A stretch of DNA of 63,831 nt, filler included, from Choristocarpus tenellus KU-1152 (taxonomy: Eukaryota; Protista; Phaeophyceae): the NCBI GenBank assembly GCA_964200185.2. It is 10 parts of 10 records of this genome, joined end to end, with 100 filler letters (N's around TTAATTAATTAA, not from the genome) between each part and the next. Parts side by side here need not be neighbours in the genome. Positions count along the whole stretch, not along the records: positions 60,650 to 63,831 come from CAXNAD020021725.1; 9 more parts are not named here. One strand, given 5' to 3'. A program made the position numbers and the translations under genes. This document shows, one piece after another, positions 61,228 through 63,831 of the stretch. The notes beneath the pieces were generated by a model. It searched no databases and had not been told where the DNA came from. It saw only the letters and a program-made list of their open reading frames with translations. The stretch's first letter is position 1; each line of letters begins with the position of its first letter.

Positions 61228-63058
61228 CTTATCTAGTGCCTTGAAAATTTCCTCCCAGATGCCTAGAAGCACTCCCGGAGCTGCCCCACCTTCTTCATTA
61301 ATGGAACCCGGGATCTCAATATCTGAAACCATAGGCATTCTTCCCCCTCCCTCTCGGGCACTGTCCATAGAGCCCGCAGATTGGGCATTCGGCCGCAAGG
61401 CACTAGCAATGGACTGCCAAACCTTGCTATCAAGTTCAGGGTACCCCAGTCGATTGAAACTCTTTGGTGAAGCGATTGATAGAGAGGGAAGGAGTAGTAG
61501 GAGACTGTCTTCATTGGAGCCGTGGCAGTTGGAGGGTGTCAACAATATTGCATGCAAGGTTAGGGTTAAGGATAGGATTAGGGGTAGGGTTAGGGGTAGG
61601 GTTAGGGTTAGTTAATACTTCGAAGTACTTGAGTGCAACTTCTTCTTGAACTCTTGTTTGTGCTTGCCATTTATGTCTAAGGGGTTAAGGCTAACGGCTA
61701 GGGTTGCAGACTCACAGAGCCAAAGTATCTTAGAGGGTAGAGCCACATCCAATGGGGGTCAAAATCCAATCTTGCGATTTGGATGTAATTTTGGCTATCG
61801 TGTTTGTTAGGAAGTGTCAAGATATCTATGTTTCAGACACACCTTTTCACAACATATACATTTACTCCTAAACATATTGGAGTAGGAAAATGTCATATAA
61901 GTCCCCATGGGAAGCCAAGCCCCAAATGGACAAAAGAGGCAAAACTCATACCCTCTAAGATACTTTCACTCCACACAAGAAAGGTGGGGTTAAATAATGC
62001 TTAGGGACATAATGTTATCTGTCACAATGACGAAGGCCTCACTTTGAAGAATATCGCTACTCACCTTTGTTCTTGAGCCATCACAAATATTGAAGCTGTG
62101 CATCTTCTTATGGGGAGAGGGTAAAGGATGAATCAAATACTGCACTATATTTTTCCCACCTCCGAAGATGACGCTCTATACAAAACCGATCGATCAGTTT
62201 GAGTCGCTGCCAGCAACGTTCTGACCAGGAAGTGACAACCTACACGAAACACTTCATGGCCCCATGCCAAGGTTAGTCCTTTTTTTCAATTGGGTTAACG
62301 TTCGGATTAGGATTAGGCCCACCCTACCTCTAACCATGATTTTTGACAGTGATGGAAAATCTCACGCATCCTATTAGCTAATTGCGCCAATTTTCGGTCA
62401 TTCACATTCGAATGTTCCTCACGTGGTCATACTTATAGCGCACTTCTCTTATCTCTGTTAACTTGACACCACTTAGCACAAAACGCTCTCTGCTGGTTTA
62501 GCCAAAGGTGCGCACCTCAAGGAGGATACCTGCACCAGCCGCAGCAAGAGTAGATTCCCTTGCTGGTATTGGTATAATTGTTTCTGGCACAAACGCTGTC
62601 GATGCTTGAAGTCTCCTGCATGCATTGCTTTCCGCCCCTCTGTCGTCTGCTCCAAAGGTAATATTTTCTGAGGCGAAATTAACAGGGAGAAGTGGAAAGA
62701 TGGACTTTGTTTGGGTTGTCGTGTGTGAACGTGGAGTAGGTCTACATGTAAGGGTCGATGCTTTGGCGGAGGGTAAAGATAAACGATTGAAAACAGTGAT
62801 GTCAGCGTTGAGATAGTGGTTTGGTATTGATAGATCCCAAGATGTGATAGCAAGGGGATGGCATAAATTTGATAACTACATGTACTATGATAGGATGTTA
62901 ATGAAATAATGTTAATATGACAATGGAACAATATTAAGAGGAAAGCTGTGGCAAAGATAACAACCTTGGAATTGTGGGAACACAACCAAGATCTTGCTTC
63001 AATAATACTGGGTGTTAAGTGTGATCCTGAAGCTGTTGTGCTCCATTTTTTTGCTTTC
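61228..63058 (-). CDS. Internal fragment of a hypothetical multi-exon gene
   Basis: Phase-consistent exons 62965-63058, 62530-62667, 62065-62106, 61228-61461; no domain recognised. Confidence 0.55.
61558..61611 (+). repeat. Degenerate interstitial (TTAGGG)n array, intronic
   Basis: About nine degenerate units. Confidence 0.85.
61717..61971 (+). mobile_element. MITE family A copy
   Basis: TIRs; TSD CACA. Confidence 0.93.
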
Positions 63059-63676
63059 CTGCTCAACGTAAGACCCAGAAAGAGCCAGTAAGAAAACAGT
63101 AGTGATCACGGCAATGAAGTTGCAAGCAAGGTTGACTGACTACCATGACAATGTTCAAATGAATTCTTCAATAAGAAATCGGATTGGGTTGAGTGTTCAA
63201 CATTACAATAAAAAAACTGAAGTTGAAGGGAAATTTGAAAAAATATATTCCGAACACACGTTCCACTATTTTTTTTCACTTATTATGGCTTGGTGGCGTT
63301 GTTCCTAAAAAACGCTATCTACAAATGGAGATGAAATGGATACACAATTTGAATTGTAGTTTTCCGTCTAAGGAGTGCAACTTCATTTAAAATTGATTGT
63401 GTGTGTAGGGAGGGCACTTTTTGTTGTATTGGGGGTGTGTGGCAGTGCTGACCGATGATGTTTTAATACTGTTGTTGAAGTGAATATTGGTTGGGATTAG
63501 AGATGGTGAAAGCCGTGGGATTTTCCTGCAAAGAATGCACAACACTTTACGTAAATGAGTCTTATGTACAATATACTCTTAATGTGTTGTGGTTTTGTGT
63601 TGTGACTATTGGTACTCTGAAGTACAATATATACTATTTTTCAACACTTTCCTAGATCCATTGTATTGGACCTGTA

Positions 63677-63779
63677 GAGTAAAAGTATCTTAGAGGGTAC
63701 GATTTTTGCCCTGTTTGTCCATTTGGGGCTTGGCTTTCCATGATTTTTTTTAATGACATTTTCCTACTCCAAGAAGTTT
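63677..63779 (-). mobile_element. MITE family A copy interrupted in its central hairpin
   Basis: GAGTAAAAGTATCTTAGAGGGTAC..CCTACTCCAAGAAGTTT| family B. Confidence 0.88.
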
Positions 63780-63831
63780 GACCCAAAGTATCTGGGAGGG
63801 GGGGAGGGGTCTACACCAGGGTGTCCATTTG
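63780..63831. mobile_element. MITE family B copy (runs off window end)
   Basis: GACCCAAAGTATCTGGG..GTCTACACCAGGGTGTCCATTTG. Confidence 0.85.

Noticed and set aside
12635-62004. Similar short ORFs (MLGSVNI..ILPTPKHFGVGK..PSPKWTN) as a gene family
   Set aside because: They are chance translations of MITE family A.
2926-63779. Repeated palindromic units as a CRISPR array
   Set aside because: They are dispersed, ~260 bp long, have TIRs and TSDs and no spacers, and the context is eukaryotic.

Overview
Eukaryotic, intron-rich, repeat-rich nuclear DNA. A stramenopile, probably a brown alga, is inferred from TTAGGG repeats, a spliced Zn2Cys6 gene and the TE types. The window is not one locus. It is 10 contigs joined by nine identical artificial 100-bp linkers (N44-TTAATTAATTAA-N44), so most genes are truncated and adjacency across linkers carries no meaning. 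Genes reconstructed by hand from splice sites and phase: a large LRR + IQ + B-box gene (-), a CSC1/OSCA/TMC-like membrane protein fragment (-), an EDR2-C/DUF1336 gene (+), a Zn2Cys6 transcription factor (+), a fucosyltransferase-like 3' end (-) and several hypothetical genes. TE relics: Ty1/copia, two RLE-type non-LTR fragments, two DD39D mariner fragments and a LINE-like 3' tail. The dominant feature is a set of four MITE families (~30 copies or ends) with related TIRs; families A and B show 4-bp TSDs (Sola-like by inference). They show same-site and nested insertion, strong CpG decay, and recurrent conversion of the TIR into perfect telomeric repeats, which looks like telomerase-templated break repair. 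No CRISPR, rRNA or credible tRNA was seen. All family assignments come from motif recognition, not database searches.
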